Positions 1-10,229 of a stretch of 64,000 nucleotides of DNA are shown in pieces. The position numbers were made by a program, and so were the translations under genes. The stretch's first letter is position 1. Every line of letters starts with the position of its first letter. The notes beneath the pieces are model-generated. The model worked only from the letters and a program-made list of their open reading frames with translations, was not told the origin of the DNA and searched no databases. Source of the DNA: a virus; the IMG/VR virus record IMGVR_UViG_3300038620_000134, positions 1 through 64,000 of that record, one strand, 5' to 3'.

Positions 1-320
1 TCTCCCGCGTTTACTTTTGCACTATCATCATCAGTATATTCATCATAAAGCATTAATACAACACCATCTTCTGTTATTCTTAAGTGATTGTCTCTGGGAT
101 AACCTCCTCTATAATTATCAATATTTTTAGTAACAAAAATTGACTTTAAAATCTCTTTAGCTGAACCCCATGAAAACTTATCGTAGCTATAAAAATTTTC
201 CACCCATTTACTTATATGTTCATGTAAACGTATAACGTGAGTGTATTGAGTTGTATTAAAAACATCTTCATTAATCTGATTCTGTTCACTTAAATAGTCT
301 CGAAAAGATTTTATTCGCAT
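1..320 (-). CDS. Partial CDS (runs off the window), putative capsid-internal protein
   Basis: Not in the ORF track. ATG at 320, open to base 1 by manual translation: MRIKSFRDYLSEQNQINED..., the same N-terminal motif as its neighbours. Confidence 0.8.
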   Translation of the reverse strand, partial: MRIKSFRDYLSEQNQINEDVFNTTQYTHVIRLHEHISKWVENFYSYDKFSWGSAKEILKSIFVTKNIDNYRGGYPRDNHLRITEDGVVLMLYDEYTDDDSAKVNAG

Positions 321-373
321 TGTTGATTTTTTATTTACTTTATTCTAACTTAGTCACTATATTACCACCTACA

Positions 374-1909
374 TTAGAACAGCTTTATTTTACCATTAAC
401 ATCAGAAACAGCTTTAACATCCTCTTCTGTAAACTGTTTATCATTTTTAAAACAAAAGAAAGCACCCCCAACTTCTTCAGGTGCACCTTTCAGGGATGTT
501 AAATTATTACGAGAACACATAAATCTACCCCCAACTTCTTCAGGTGCACCTTCCAGGGATGTTAATTTATTATCAGAACAATTAAAATCACCCCCAACTT
601 CTTCAGGTGCACCTTCAAGAGTTGTTAATTTATTAACAGGGCAAACAAAATCACCCCCAACTTCTTCAGGAGCACCTTCAAGGGATGTTAAATTATTATT
701 AGTGCAAACAAAATCACCCCCAACTTCTTCAGGAGCACCTTCAAGGGATGTTAATTCGTTATCATAACACATAAAACTACCCTCAACATTGTCAGGAGCA
801 CCTTCAAGGGATGTTAAATTATTATTAGAACACATAAAATTACCCCCAACATTGTCAGGAGCACCTTCAAGGGATGTTAAATTATTATTAGAACACATAA
901 AATCACCACTGACGTGTCCAAATTTATATTTTTTTATAACTTTTTTATAGTCCTCTGACTTATAATTAAAATTTACATCCCCATTAACATTAACAATGTT
1001 ATTTTTTGATATATTATAATTACCAGAAACAACATTTGAAAAAATATAATCTGTTTCATTAAAAATTGTTTTGTTATCATACGAATAAAGCCCATCGATA
1101 ACATCTCTAGTGAAAAATATAGCTTGTTCTGGTTCATTAGGATGAATGAACCAATCCTCTCCTTCATCAATAAATCCTTCAACACCCAAATCAAGATAAA
1201 TCTTTGTTTTAAGCTGTGGTCCGTTACTTTTCCCTAAAGCCAATAAAGCCAAATCAACATAATTATTTACAAAAAACCAAAGTATTTTTGTATACGAATC
1301 ATTATTTAAAGCATCTTCTAATTTTTCCCACTTTTCTTCAGGAACTTTTGAAATAACGTTAATATCGCTCACCAAACTATCTAAGTTAAAAAAAACTTCT
1401 GAAATATTTTCATTTATATAATTATACAATAATTCAAAAGCATCATCTGGAAGATTGTTTTTTAGTTTTTTGTTTGATTTACATACATCATAGAATTCTT
1501 TAATATGGTTAAAAGCATTTGAATTTTCAGTTAAAATTTTATTTTGTTTAATTTTATTTTGTTTAATTTTAAATAAATGAATTGTATTAGATTTATCAGG
1601 AACAAAAGGATAAACTTTTTCCAAACGTTTTTTTATTTCATCATTACTACTCTTATGTGTTAAATTTTTAGTTATTAAATCATAATCTTTTTTACTTAAC
1701 GGATATGCATAATATCCAGCAGGAGTATTATAACCAGTAAAAGGATTTATAAATGTTACAGTATCTTCTTCTCGAAATGAAATAAACCAGTTATCCAAAC
1801 TATCATTTCCAATAGTGTTTTTAATAAATTCAATAAAGTTTATTTTTCTATTAATTTCTGGATTTCTTCGTTTCTCTGTTAAATAGTCTTGAAAGGACTT
1901 TATTCGCAT
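374..1909 (-). CDS. LRR protein (7 full 21-aa repeats + cap); N-terminal domain shared with 10230..11186
   Basis: GGxFxCxxNxLTSLEGAPEEV repeats with a 63-bp period. N-terminus MRIKSFQDYLTE. WFISFR/TFINPFT/TPAGYY/IHPNEP motifs. Confidence 0.9.
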   Translation of the reverse strand: MRIKSFQDYLTEKRRNPEINRKINFIEFIKNTIGNDSLDNWFISFREEDTVTFINPFTGYNTPAGYYAYPLSKKDYDLITKNLTHKSSNDEIKKRLEKVYPFVPDKSNTIHLFKIKQNKIKQNKILTENSNAFNHIKEFYDVCKSNKKLKNNLPDDAFELLYNYINENISEVFFNLDSLVSDINVISKVPEEKWEKLEDALNNDSYTKILWFFVNNYVDLALLALGKSNGPQLKTKIYLDLGVEGFIDEGEDWFIHPNEPEQAIFFTRDVIDGLYSYDNKTIFNETDYIFSNVVSGNYNISKNNIVNVNGDVNFNYKSEDYKKVIKKYKFGHVSGDFMCSNNNLTSLEGAPDNVGGNFMCSNNNLTSLEGAPDNVEGSFMCYDNELTSLEGAPEEVGGDFVCTNNNLTSLEGAPEEVGGDFVCPVNKLTTLEGAPEEVGGDFNCSDNKLTSLEGAPEEVGGRFMCSRNNLTSLKGAPEEVGGAFFCFKNDKQFTEEDVKAVSDVNGKIKLF

Positions 1910-1925
1910 TATTATTTTTTTTTTA

Positions 1926-3176
1926 TTAAACTATTATTTTACCTTTAACATCAGAAACAGCTTTAACATCTTCTTTTGTAAAATCTTCTTCATTAAATCT
2001 ACAATTAAAGTTGCTTCCAACATATTCAGGAGCACCTTTAAGGGATGTTAGTTTATTAAACATACATTCAAAATATCCACCAACATATTCGGGTGCACCC
2101 TCAAGGGATTTTAAATTATTATATGTACAAAGAAAATGACCAACAACTGTTTTAGGTACACCTTTTAAATTTGATAAATTATTATCAGAGCAATCAAATT
2201 TACCACTAACATACCCAAATTTATAATTTTCTATAATTGTTTTATAAATTTGCGGTTGGCTTAATAAATCTACATGACCATCAACATGAATTGTACTTCC
2301 ATCTATCTTAAAAGTTCCTTCAACAACATCATTTAGTATAGCTTCAACTGAGGCATTTGGACTATATGCACACTTTCCAGCTCTATATAACCCTTTAAGT
2401 TGTTTGTATTTAGTTTTACTTAGTTTTTGATTCTTTTCAAGCCATGCATCAATGGTTTCTTTAAAACCTTTAACTGTTTCTCCTTTAATTTCTTCATTTC
2501 TAAACAGTGCAATTTCTTCACTATCTTCACTGACGTATGGTTTAATCAAAACCCGTGCAACGGGGTTATTAATGTTCAAGTCATCTTTTTTAATAAGATA
2601 TGCAATTATAGTTCCCTTTTTAACATCTTCCATTATATAAAATGTTTTACTTCCAGTATCTAAGTCCATACAACTAGTCCAACCTCTATCCGTGCTCATC
2701 CCCGCAATATCGTATGGATGCCGTGAAATAACTACTAAATAATCATCTTGTTTTCTTTGAGTTGATTTTTTAGAAAGTTCTTTTTCGTAATCACTTTTTA
2801 ATTTTTCAACATTTATATCACTCTTTTTAAGACCACTATCTTTCATTAAAACTTTTACAATACTGGTTGTTCTTTTATCCGAAACTGCTATATTCTTATT
2901 AAAATCTTCAACTTCATAATTTGTATATTCTAAAGCTTTATTTATTCTATCTCTAACATCTTTACTTATCTTTTGTTTCTCTTCCTCAGATTCTTTAAGT
3001 TCAAGATATAATCTATATTTCGGTTTTCCATTTTCTTTCTTTCCAAAAATATCTTGATAGAATTTTTCACCACCTGCTTCTTTCCATGTTTTAATATATG
3101 GTTTTGCTTGACTTGGATGAAGTGCTTCATCAATGGAACTCGAATTAATGTATTCTTGAAAAGATTTTAAGCGCAT
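1926..3176 (-). CDS. LRR protein paralog (3 repeats + cap)
   Basis: N-terminal domain (SRHPYDIAGMSTDRGWTSCMDL) nearly identical to 7686, 56053 and 61938. Confidence 0.9.
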   Translation of the reverse strand: MRLKSFQEYINSSSIDEALHPSQAKPYIKTWKEAGGEKFYQDIFGKKENGKPKYRLYLELKESEEEKQKISKDVRDRINKALEYTNYEVEDFNKNIAVSDKRTTSIVKVLMKDSGLKKSDINVEKLKSDYEKELSKKSTQRKQDDYLVVISRHPYDIAGMSTDRGWTSCMDLDTGSKTFYIMEDVKKGTIIAYLIKKDDLNINNPVARVLIKPYVSEDSEEIALFRNEEIKGETVKGFKETIDAWLEKNQKLSKTKYKQLKGLYRAGKCAYSPNASVEAILNDVVEGTFKIDGSTIHVDGHVDLLSQPQIYKTIIENYKFGYVSGKFDCSDNNLSNLKGVPKTVVGHFLCTYNNLKSLEGAPEYVGGYFECMFNKLTSLKGAPEYVGSNFNCRFNEEDFTKEDVKAVSDVKGKIIV

Positions 3177-3187
3177 TGTTAGTTTTT

Positions 3188-4015
3188 TTATTTATTTGAT
3201 TTGTGTTCTTTTATAGTATTTTTAGAACTATAATTAACAGTATTAAAAACTGTATTATCATCTAAATCAAAGGCTTTAAGTTTACCTTTTATATTATAAC
3301 CAAACTGTTCTGGATGAACATCTCGCCACTTTATCCCTTGCTCATATAAAGACTTTATAACATTTACAATTTCTTTTATAAAGTTAAATTGACTTTTTGT
3401 ATAAAATTCTAAAATTGTGTTTAGTATTTCATTTATAATTTTACGGTTAAACTGATGGCAAATCTCAACTAAAAAACTCATAAAAGATGTTATTTTACCT
3501 ATCTTCATATTATACTTTTCTTTTAACATATCTCTAAATTCAATACCATAAAAATACTCATAATCACCATCAATATCTCTATTAAATACTTCTTCAACAT
3601 CTTCAAATTTACTTATAAATTTATCCATACTATACAGTCTTTCTTGAATAATATAACCTATTTTATCTTTTTTAGCAGTTGACATATAACCTAGTGAAAT
3701 GTTATCAATATATCGCTCTGGAACATGAATTATACCGTGTTGATAAACTTTAATAGCATTTTTAATGTTATTTTCATAAAGGAATTTTGCCATTTTAAGA
3801 TCATTTATTCCACCAACTATATCATTATTGGAAGTGCTAACAAATTTCATAATACGAAATTTGTCAATGGCGAAAACAACACCCGAACCACCACGTCCTA
3901 AAAAAGTTAATTCTTTTTTATTGAGATTCATTTGTGGTTTTAACCAGTTAAAAAAAGGTTTATAGTCTGTTTTCTTTTTTGATTTTACATAATCTTTGAA
4001 TTTTTCCAACTCCAT
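3188..4015 (-). CDS. Protein kinase-like protein
   Basis: Gly loop LGRGGSGVV, Lys in RIMKF, catalytic-loop-like WRDVHPEQ, DFG-like AFDLD. Confidence 0.75.
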   Translation of the reverse strand: MELEKFKDYVKSKKKTDYKPFFNWLKPQMNLNKKELTFLGRGGSGVVFAIDKFRIMKFVSTSNNDIVGGINDLKMAKFLYENNIKNAIKVYQHGIIHVPERYIDNISLGYMSTAKKDKIGYIIQERLYSMDKFISKFEDVEEVFNRDIDGDYEYFYGIEFRDMLKEKYNMKIGKITSFMSFLVEICHQFNRKIINEILNTILEFYTKSQFNFIKEIVNVIKSLYEQGIKWRDVHPEQFGYNIKGKLKAFDLDDNTVFNTVNYSSKNTIKEHKSNK

Positions 4016-4061
4016 TAAAAATTGATTTTAATTTTTAGTTTTTTGATAGGTTATTACCGTT

Positions 4062-4089
4062 TATTTATTCAAATAAACAATAATAAATA
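4062..4089. promoter_or_regulatory. Back-to-back T4-like late promoters (AATAAATA on each strand)
   Basis: TATTTATT at 4062-4069 and AATAAATA at 4082-4089 between divergent genes; the T4 late consensus is TATAAATA. Confidence 0.55.
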
Positions 4090-4097
4090 AAGAAAAA

Positions 4098-5600
4098 ATG
4101 CCAGCTCCACATGATTGGCGGGTAAAGAAAAGATTTGATCCAGAGATTGAACTAGATGAACTATCAATACCCGATATATCACCAGAAGAACAGGATCAAT
4201 CAGGCTCCCATGAAGAAAAAAGACTGGGAAGTGTTTATCCTTTAATGAAAATTTTAAGCCAACAATTTAACCAAAATCATATTTTAAGGTTTAGATTAAG
4301 TTCAAGTGGCTACAAAGACTTTTTACCAACTATAAGCACAAGAATTAAAGATCCAAACTTAGATTTTTTGGATGCAAATTACCCACTTGATGGAGAAACA
4401 CTATCAGTCTTTTTAAGAACATATACTGATCAACTAAAACCACTAAGAAATGATTATTTAATAACTAGTGTAAATTCATCAACCTCTAGAAAAGAAGGTA
4501 GGGGGAATGAATACACAATAAATGGCTATCTTAAAGTTCCAAGACTTTTTGGTGAAGTTTGTAAATCCTTTAAAGAAAAAACAAGTTATGAAGTGTTACA
4601 AGAAATTGCTAAAGACTTAAATCTTGGTTTTGCGAGTAATGTAGATTCAACAGATGACAAAATGAATTGGATATGTCCATTTGATTCATATTTTAGATTT
4701 ATTAAAACGGTTTGTTCACATGCATATAAAGATGAAAAAAGCTTTTTTGTGTGTTTTATAGATATATACTATTACTTAAACTTTGTAGATGTTAATAAGT
4801 TGTTTAACGAATCAGATAATTTGGAACCCGCTCAAGATGGCTTTTACTACAATAATGATTATTATACAGGCAAAGATTTAGAAGAAAAATTATCAGAGGA
4901 AAATGTACTGTTTTTAACAAATGCTAATAGAGAACAAATGAAAGATAAGTATATTAAATCTTACACATTAGAAAACGAAAGTGGTGATATTGTTCGCAAC
5001 AACGGTTATAAACGATATGCAAAATTTTATGACCAAAACCAAAAGAGCTATGAAGATCAATTTGTTCAGCCTCAAAATACGGAAGCCAATGATGATAAAA
5101 GAATATTGCGCGGGCGTTTAGATGAGGAACATTGGAGGGATGAAAATAAACATAAGTGGCTAGGAATACAAACAAATACCGATGGTGGTAGTGTGCATCC
5201 TAACTACCTATACTCAAAAATTCAAAACTTTCAAAATTATCAAGAAATATACAAAATGCAATTAAATGTTACTTTAGGTTCATGGAACCCCAATATTCTT
5301 AGATTCCAACGGATGCCTCTATTTTTGTACTTTATTTCTAACTTCCATCAAGTTCAGAAAAACACCCCACCCGAAGAACAACAAGAAACAAAAGAAACCA
5401 AAACAAAACTAGATGAATTTCTTTCAGGAAAATATGTTGTAACTGATTTTGATATTCATTACGATATAGGAAATTCGCAAATTATTCAAAAAGTTACAAT
5501 GGTTAAACGGGAATGGGATACTAACTATAGTCTTCGCAGTAATCAAGAATTTCAACAACGTTTAGATGAAAGTTCTAATAAAGGTGTTTCGGAGAGCTAA
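4098..5600 (+). CDS. Putative baseplate hub / tail protein (gp27 or late-control-D-like)
   Basis: 500 aa with late promoter. The TSYEVLQEIAKDLNLGFASN...WICP segment resembles hub proteins; weak recognition. Confidence 0.45.
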   Translation: MPAPHDWRVKKRFDPEIELDELSIPDISPEEQDQSGSHEEKRLGSVYPLMKILSQQFNQNHILRFRLSSSGYKDFLPTISTRIKDPNLDFLDANYPLDGETLSVFLRTYTDQLKPLRNDYLITSVNSSTSRKEGRGNEYTINGYLKVPRLFGEVCKSFKEKTSYEVLQEIAKDLNLGFASNVDSTDDKMNWICPFDSYFRFIKTVCSHAYKDEKSFFVCFIDIYYYLNFVDVNKLFNESDNLEPAQDGFYYNNDYYTGKDLEEKLSEENVLFLTNANREQMKDKYIKSYTLENESGDIVRNNGYKRYAKFYDQNQKSYEDQFVQPQNTEANDDKRILRGRLDEEHWRDENKHKWLGIQTNTDGGSVHPNYLYSKIQNFQNYQEIYKMQLNVTLGSWNPNILRFQRMPLFLYFISNFHQVQKNTPPEEQQETKETKTKLDEFLSGKYVVTDFDIHYDIGNSQIIQKVTMVKREWDTNYSLRSNQEFQQRLDESSNKGVSES

Positions 5601-5603
5601 AGC

Positions 5604-6491
5604 TTATACCATTTTATGTATAAGAGTTTTATCTGTTGTATAAGGGGTTAAATCAACGTCAATTTTATTTAACTCTGGATATGGTTTTGGGTCAACTGAC
5701 AAAAATGAAAGTTCAATATCTTTATTATTTTTTAATATGTATTTTGCAACTGTCTTTAGCAATATCGGAGTACTATCAACTAAATAATTTCTTAATGAGT
5801 CATTTTTTACATTTCCAATAATATCTAGTTTTTTTATAACTATATCAGCTATTTCATATGCACTCATCGAATTCTCAATATCTATGTTATGATGATATTC
5901 TATCCCTAATAAACCTTCTATAACAGATACATAGTTATCATATTTTCTAATTTTTTGAACTAAATCAACTATAGCATTGTGTACATATTTGTTTAATTCT
6001 TTTTGTGTTAAGTGACCTTGTAAATTTTCACCTGTAAGTATAGTATTACTTTTACTAATTTTTAATAATGATATAGAAGGTTTTTCTTGTTCTTCTTTGA
6101 ATTCTTTAACTACATTTTTAATTTCATTTAACTTATTTATAAGTTCCTTTATTGATAAAAATTTAAATTTTTCATAATCATACTTAGTGCTATACATTAC
6201 AATATCTTTAGCTCTATGTCCAGCATCTAAAACTTTAGCATTTCCGTTAGCTGTTACTTCATATTTAAAAAACCAGTCAATTTCAGGATAATAAGTTATG
6301 TATATTACAAGCGATTTACTTTTTTCTGTCTTTTTTTGAACATCAATATAAGGAACATCAACTGATTGTTTTATTTTTTGTATAACACTTTTTACATCAT
6401 CTTTTGTATATACTTTTGATTCGTAAAGGCTATTATAACTTTGCTTATTTTCATCAATAAATTCATTGAATGTAGGTAGTTTGTTTTTCAT
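5604..6491 (-). CDS. Hypothetical protein with capsid-targeting-like N-terminus
   Basis: 295 aa; begins MKNKLPTFNEFIDE. Confidence 0.75.
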   Translation of the reverse strand: MKNKLPTFNEFIDENKQSYNSLYESKVYTKDDVKSVIQKIKQSVDVPYIDVQKKTEKSKSLVIYITYYPEIDWFFKYEVTANGNAKVLDAGHRAKDIVMYSTKYDYEKFKFLSIKELINKLNEIKNVVKEFKEEQEKPSISLLKISKSNTILTGENLQGHLTQKELNKYVHNAIVDLVQKIRKYDNYVSVIEGLLGIEYHHNIDIENSMSAYEIADIVIKKLDIIGNVKNDSLRNYLVDSTPILLKTVAKYILKNNKDIELSFLSVDPKPYPELNKIDVDLTPYTTDKTLIHKMV

Positions 6492-6503
6492 AATTAATTT
6501 TTT

Positions 6504-7100
6504 TTAGTCTTCTTTAGAAGGAAGCTTATCCCAGTTTTTCTTTAACTTTACTAATGCCCAATAATAAGGAGTGTTGCGGTAAAACCTGGGATCGCTTTTG
6601 TTTTTTCTTCGTATTCGTTGTTTTTGACGTCGTGTTAACTTTTGTTTTTTGGGATTATCTGGAAATCTACGTTTTAACTGCTCTTTTTTCTTTTCACCAC
6701 GCCAACCAAGTTTGTTTTGTGAAGCCCTAAAAGACTGCATTAACTTCTTTTTGGCTAAGTGCTTATCCTGTCTAACTACTTTAAGTGTATCTCTTAACAG
6801 TTTTCTACCACCAGCTCTATTAGGACTATAAACATCATCTATTGATTCATTTTCATCAATAACATTACGTCGCTTTAGTAATTTTTGAAGTCCATATCTT
6901 TCAAGATAGGGCTTTCCACGTTTTCGTATTTTACTTCTACGAAAGGCTCTTCTCATTTGTCTTCTATCACTTTCTGTAGTTCTACGTTTTTTTCTGGCTT
7001 TGCGAGCCTTATCACGAAGTCCCCTTCTAGAAAGATCCATGCTTATACCATCATCGCTTTCATATAATTCAAGATATTCATCAAAACTTTGTAAATTCAA
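6504..7100 (-). CDS. Highly basic Arg/Lys-rich protein, putative DNA-condensing internal protein
   Basis: Begins (M)NLQSFDEYLELYE, followed by long R/K tracts; TTG start. Confidence 0.7.
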   Translation of the reverse strand: MNLQSFDEYLELYESDDGISMDLSRRGLRDKARKARKKRRTTESDRRQMRRAFRRSKIRKRGKPYLERYGLQKLLKRRNVIDENESIDDVYSPNRAGGRKLLRDTLKVVRQDKHLAKKKLMQSFRASQNKLGWRGEKKKEQLKRRFPDNPKKQKLTRRQKQRIRRKNKSDPRFYRNTPYYWALVKLKKNWDKLPSKED

Positions 7101-7134
7101 TTTTTATACTTTTTAAGTATTTATTTCAATAAAA

Positions 7135-7163
7135 AAAATCCCACTTTTTAAAAGTGGGATTTT
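7135..7163 (-). terminator. Intrinsic terminator
   Basis: AAAATCCCACTTTT-T-AAAAGTGGGATTTT inverted repeat; the A-run at 7131-7138 gives the U-tract on the minus strand. Confidence 0.7.
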
Positions 7164-7191
7164 AAATTAATTTATAACTTAGTTAAAAACT

Positions 7192-7581
7192 TTATTGGCT
7201 ATAACCATATCTCATTTGAAGATAGTAACTTTCTTCACTACCGTCATAACCGTTTTTAATAGTTTTTCCTACACTAACATCATAAAAGTAATATGTTGCA
7301 TCTTCATTTCGCCAAGGAAATGGAATTAATCCAATTACAGATTTATTGTCAGTAGAGCTGTAAAGTGGTACTGATTCAGTAAAGCATTCTACAACGTTGT
7401 TATTTTCATCGTGAAACAATGGCCTACTAGTAACTTTCAGATTTGAATAGTTAGCCATATCTTTTAACAATTCACGATAAAAATAACTTAAAATATTTGC
7501 ATACTCTGGAATTTCAGGTTCCTTCAAGCATGACAGTTCAATTGTTTGGTTTGTTGTTTCTTTTTCAATTGATTTTTCCAT
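7192..7581 (-). CDS. Hypothetical protein
   Basis: 129-aa ORF followed by the terminator. Confidence 0.7.
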   Translation of the reverse strand: MEKSIEKETTNQTIELSCLKEPEIPEYANILSYFYRELLKDMANYSNLKVTSRPLFHDENNNVVECFTESVPLYSSTDNKSVIGLIPFPWRNEDATYYFYDVSVGKTIKNGYDGSEESYYLQMRYGYSQ

Positions 7582-7685
7582 AACTAATGATTTTTATAGG
7601 TTATACAATATAATGTTACTTCGTATACACATTAGAAAAATAATTAGTTTCAAGACCTAGACTGTTTTTAAAATTTTTTAACTTG

Positions 7686-9449
7686 TTAAACTATTATTTC
7701 ACCTTTAACATCAGAAACCGCTTTAACATCTTCTTTTGTAAATTTTTCTTCGTTAAGTCTACACTCAAAATTACCCCCAACTTCTTCAGGAGCACCTTCA
7801 AGGGAAATTAAATTGTTACGGTTACAATCAAAATCACCCCCAACTTCTTCAGGAGCACCTTCAAGGGAAGTTAAATTATTATTAGAACAATCAAAGTTAC
7901 CTCCAACTTCTTCAGGTGCACCTTCCAGGGATGTTAATTTATTAGCAGTACATTCAAAAGAATTTCCAATGTACTCAGGTACACCTTTAAGGGATGTTAA
8001 TTTGTTTTCAGTACAATCAAAAGAACCTTCAACGTGCTTAGGTGCACCTTTAAGAGATTTTAAGTTGTTTTCAGTACAATCAAAATCACCCCCAACTTCT
8101 TCAGGAGCACCTTCAAGGGAAGTTAAATTATTATTAGAACAATCAAAGTTACCTCCAACTTCTTCAGGTGCACCTTCCAGGGATGTTAATTTATTATAGT
8201 AACAATTAAATCCACCCCTAATTTTTTTAGGCGCGCCTTCAAGAGTTTTTAGTTTATTATATTTACAAATAAAATCACGTCCAACTTTTTCAGGTGCACC
8301 CTCAAGCGATGTTAAATTGTTTTCATCACAATAAAAATCACCCCCAACTTCTTTAGGTGCACCTTCCAGGGATGTTAATTTATTAAAAAAACAATAAAAA
8401 TCACCCCCAACTTCTTCAGGAGCACCTTTCAAGGATGTTAATTTATTATCACGACATTCAAAGTTGCCACTAACATATCCAAACTTATAGTTTTTTGTAA
8501 TTTTTTTGTAAAATATGGGTTCATCTTCTAATTTCAAATTACCCTTAATATTAATTGTGTTTCCATCTATTTCAAAAGTTCCTTCAACAAAATCATTTAG
8601 TATAGCTTCAACTGAAGCGTTTAGATTATATTCACATCTTCCCTCGTCATATAACCCTTTAAGTTGTTTGTATTTAGTTTTATTTAGTTTTTGATTCTTT
8701 TCAAGCCATGCATCAATGGTTTCTTTGAAACCTTTAACTGGTTCTCCTTTAACTTCATCTACTTCTTTATCTCTAAATAAAGCAATTTCTTCACCGTTTT
8801 CACTGACGTATGGTTTAATCAAAACCCGTGCAACAGGATTATTAATATTCAAGTCATCTTTTTTAATAAGATATGCAATTATAGTTCCCTTTTTAACATC
8901 TTCCATTATATGAAATGTTTGACCTCCAGTATCTAAGTCCATACAACTAGTCCAGCCTCTATTCGTGCTCATTCCTGCAATATCATAAGGGTGTCTTGAA
9001 ATCACTACAAGATAGTTATCTTGATTCCTTTGAGTTGATTTCTTATTAAGTTCTTTTTCGTAATCACTTTTTAACTTTTGAACATTTATATCACTTTTTT
9101 TAAGACCACTATCTTTCACTAAAACTTTTACAATACTGGTTGTTCTTTTATCCGAAACTGCTAGGTTTTGGTTAAAATTTTCAACTTCATAGTTTGTATA
9201 TTCTAAGGCTTTATTAATTCTATCTCTAACATCTTTGCTTATCTTTTGTTTTTGTTCTTCAGACTCTTCGAGTTCTAAGTAAAGTCTATATTTGGGTTTC
9301 CCATTTTCTTTCTTTCCAAAAATATCTTGATAGAATTTTTCACCACCTGCTTCTTTCCATGTTTTAATATATGGTTTTGCTTGACTTGGATGAAGTGCTT
9401 CATCAATGGAAGTCGAATTAATGTATTCTTGAAAAGATTTTAAGCGCAT
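7686..9449 (-). CDS. LRR protein paralog (11 repeats + cap)
   Basis: Same N-terminal domain; 11 GAP-type repeats counted. Confidence 0.9.
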   Translation of the reverse strand: MRLKSFQEYINSTSIDEALHPSQAKPYIKTWKEAGGEKFYQDIFGKKENGKPKYRLYLELEESEEQKQKISKDVRDRINKALEYTNYEVENFNQNLAVSDKRTTSIVKVLVKDSGLKKSDINVQKLKSDYEKELNKKSTQRNQDNYLVVISRHPYDIAGMSTNRGWTSCMDLDTGGQTFHIMEDVKKGTIIAYLIKKDDLNINNPVARVLIKPYVSENGEEIALFRDKEVDEVKGEPVKGFKETIDAWLEKNQKLNKTKYKQLKGLYDEGRCEYNLNASVEAILNDFVEGTFEIDGNTINIKGNLKLEDEPIFYKKITKNYKFGYVSGNFECRDNKLTSLKGAPEEVGGDFYCFFNKLTSLEGAPKEVGGDFYCDENNLTSLEGAPEKVGRDFICKYNKLKTLEGAPKKIRGGFNCYYNKLTSLEGAPEEVGGNFDCSNNNLTSLEGAPEEVGGDFDCTENNLKSLKGAPKHVEGSFDCTENKLTSLKGVPEYIGNSFECTANKLTSLEGAPEEVGGNFDCSNNNLTSLEGAPEEVGGDFDCNRNNLISLEGAPEEVGGNFECRLNEEKFTKEDVKAVSDVKGEIIV

Positions 9450-9475
9450 TGTTAGTTTTTATATTTATTTTATAA

Positions 9476-10159
9476 TTAACCTTTTAATTGAAAAACATAC
9501 AATCTATCAGATGCCTTTTTATAATCAATAACTTCATTACTAAAAAAATGGCCATCACCACTGTCCATTGTAAGAGTTAAATCTTCAGGATAATCACCGT
9601 ATTTTTCTCTAGCTTCTTCTATTGCATCTTTCCAATTATTTGCATCCAGTTCATATGCACCGAGTCCCCAGTAATGAACAGGAACATAACCATTATAAAG
9701 CGGATGATATTCAAAATCAGGAAACTCTCCCACGTAGTAACTGGCTAAGTAACGTTTTAGAGTATCTTCATCTAGTAAATCACAACTTATATTATCAAAA
9801 AACTTACTAGTATCAAAAGAATCTTCAAACAAATCATCTACACTTTCTATCCCACTTACATTCAACTTATCAATTAACTTCTGTACATCAACCTCTAAGT
9901 TGTTAAGCATATCTTTTTTAACTTCTTCTTCTTTTCCTTCTTTATAAGAGTCTTCTACAGCGCCACGAGCTAATTTTTCAAGTGAACATGAAGTATCAAC
10001 AGCATAACTTAACATAGCCTCTTTCCGTGTACGATTTTCATCTTGTGGAAAGGTAGAACTAAAGTTTCTTTCTAAATCTTCTTCAGGATGTTCAGTTGCT
10101 CTAACAACAAAAGTAGAACTTTCACTTTTTTCTAATATGTATTCTTGAAAAGATTTCAT
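9476..10159 (-). CDS. Acidic hypothetical protein with capsid-targeting-like N-terminus
   Basis: Begins MKSFQEYILE. Confidence 0.75.
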   Translation of the reverse strand: MKSFQEYILEKSESSTFVVRATEHPEEDLERNFSSTFPQDENRTRKEAMLSYAVDTSCSLEKLARGAVEDSYKEGKEEEVKKDMLNNLEVDVQKLIDKLNVSGIESVDDLFEDSFDTSKFFDNISCDLLDEDTLKRYLASYYVGEFPDFEYHPLYNGYVPVHYWGLGAYELDANNWKDAIEEAREKYGDYPEDLTLTMDSGDGHFFSNEVIDYKKASDRLYVFQLKG

Positions 10160-10229
10160 CTATAAAAATATTTTTGTTCTCTTAAAGAAGTTTCAAAATT
10201 GTAAACTACTGATTTTTAGTTTTTCTTAC

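Noticed and set aside
7813-8199. Antisense repeat ORFs (also 62924..63193, 2427..2663, 8716..8913)
   Set aside because: Shadow frames of the LRR genes.
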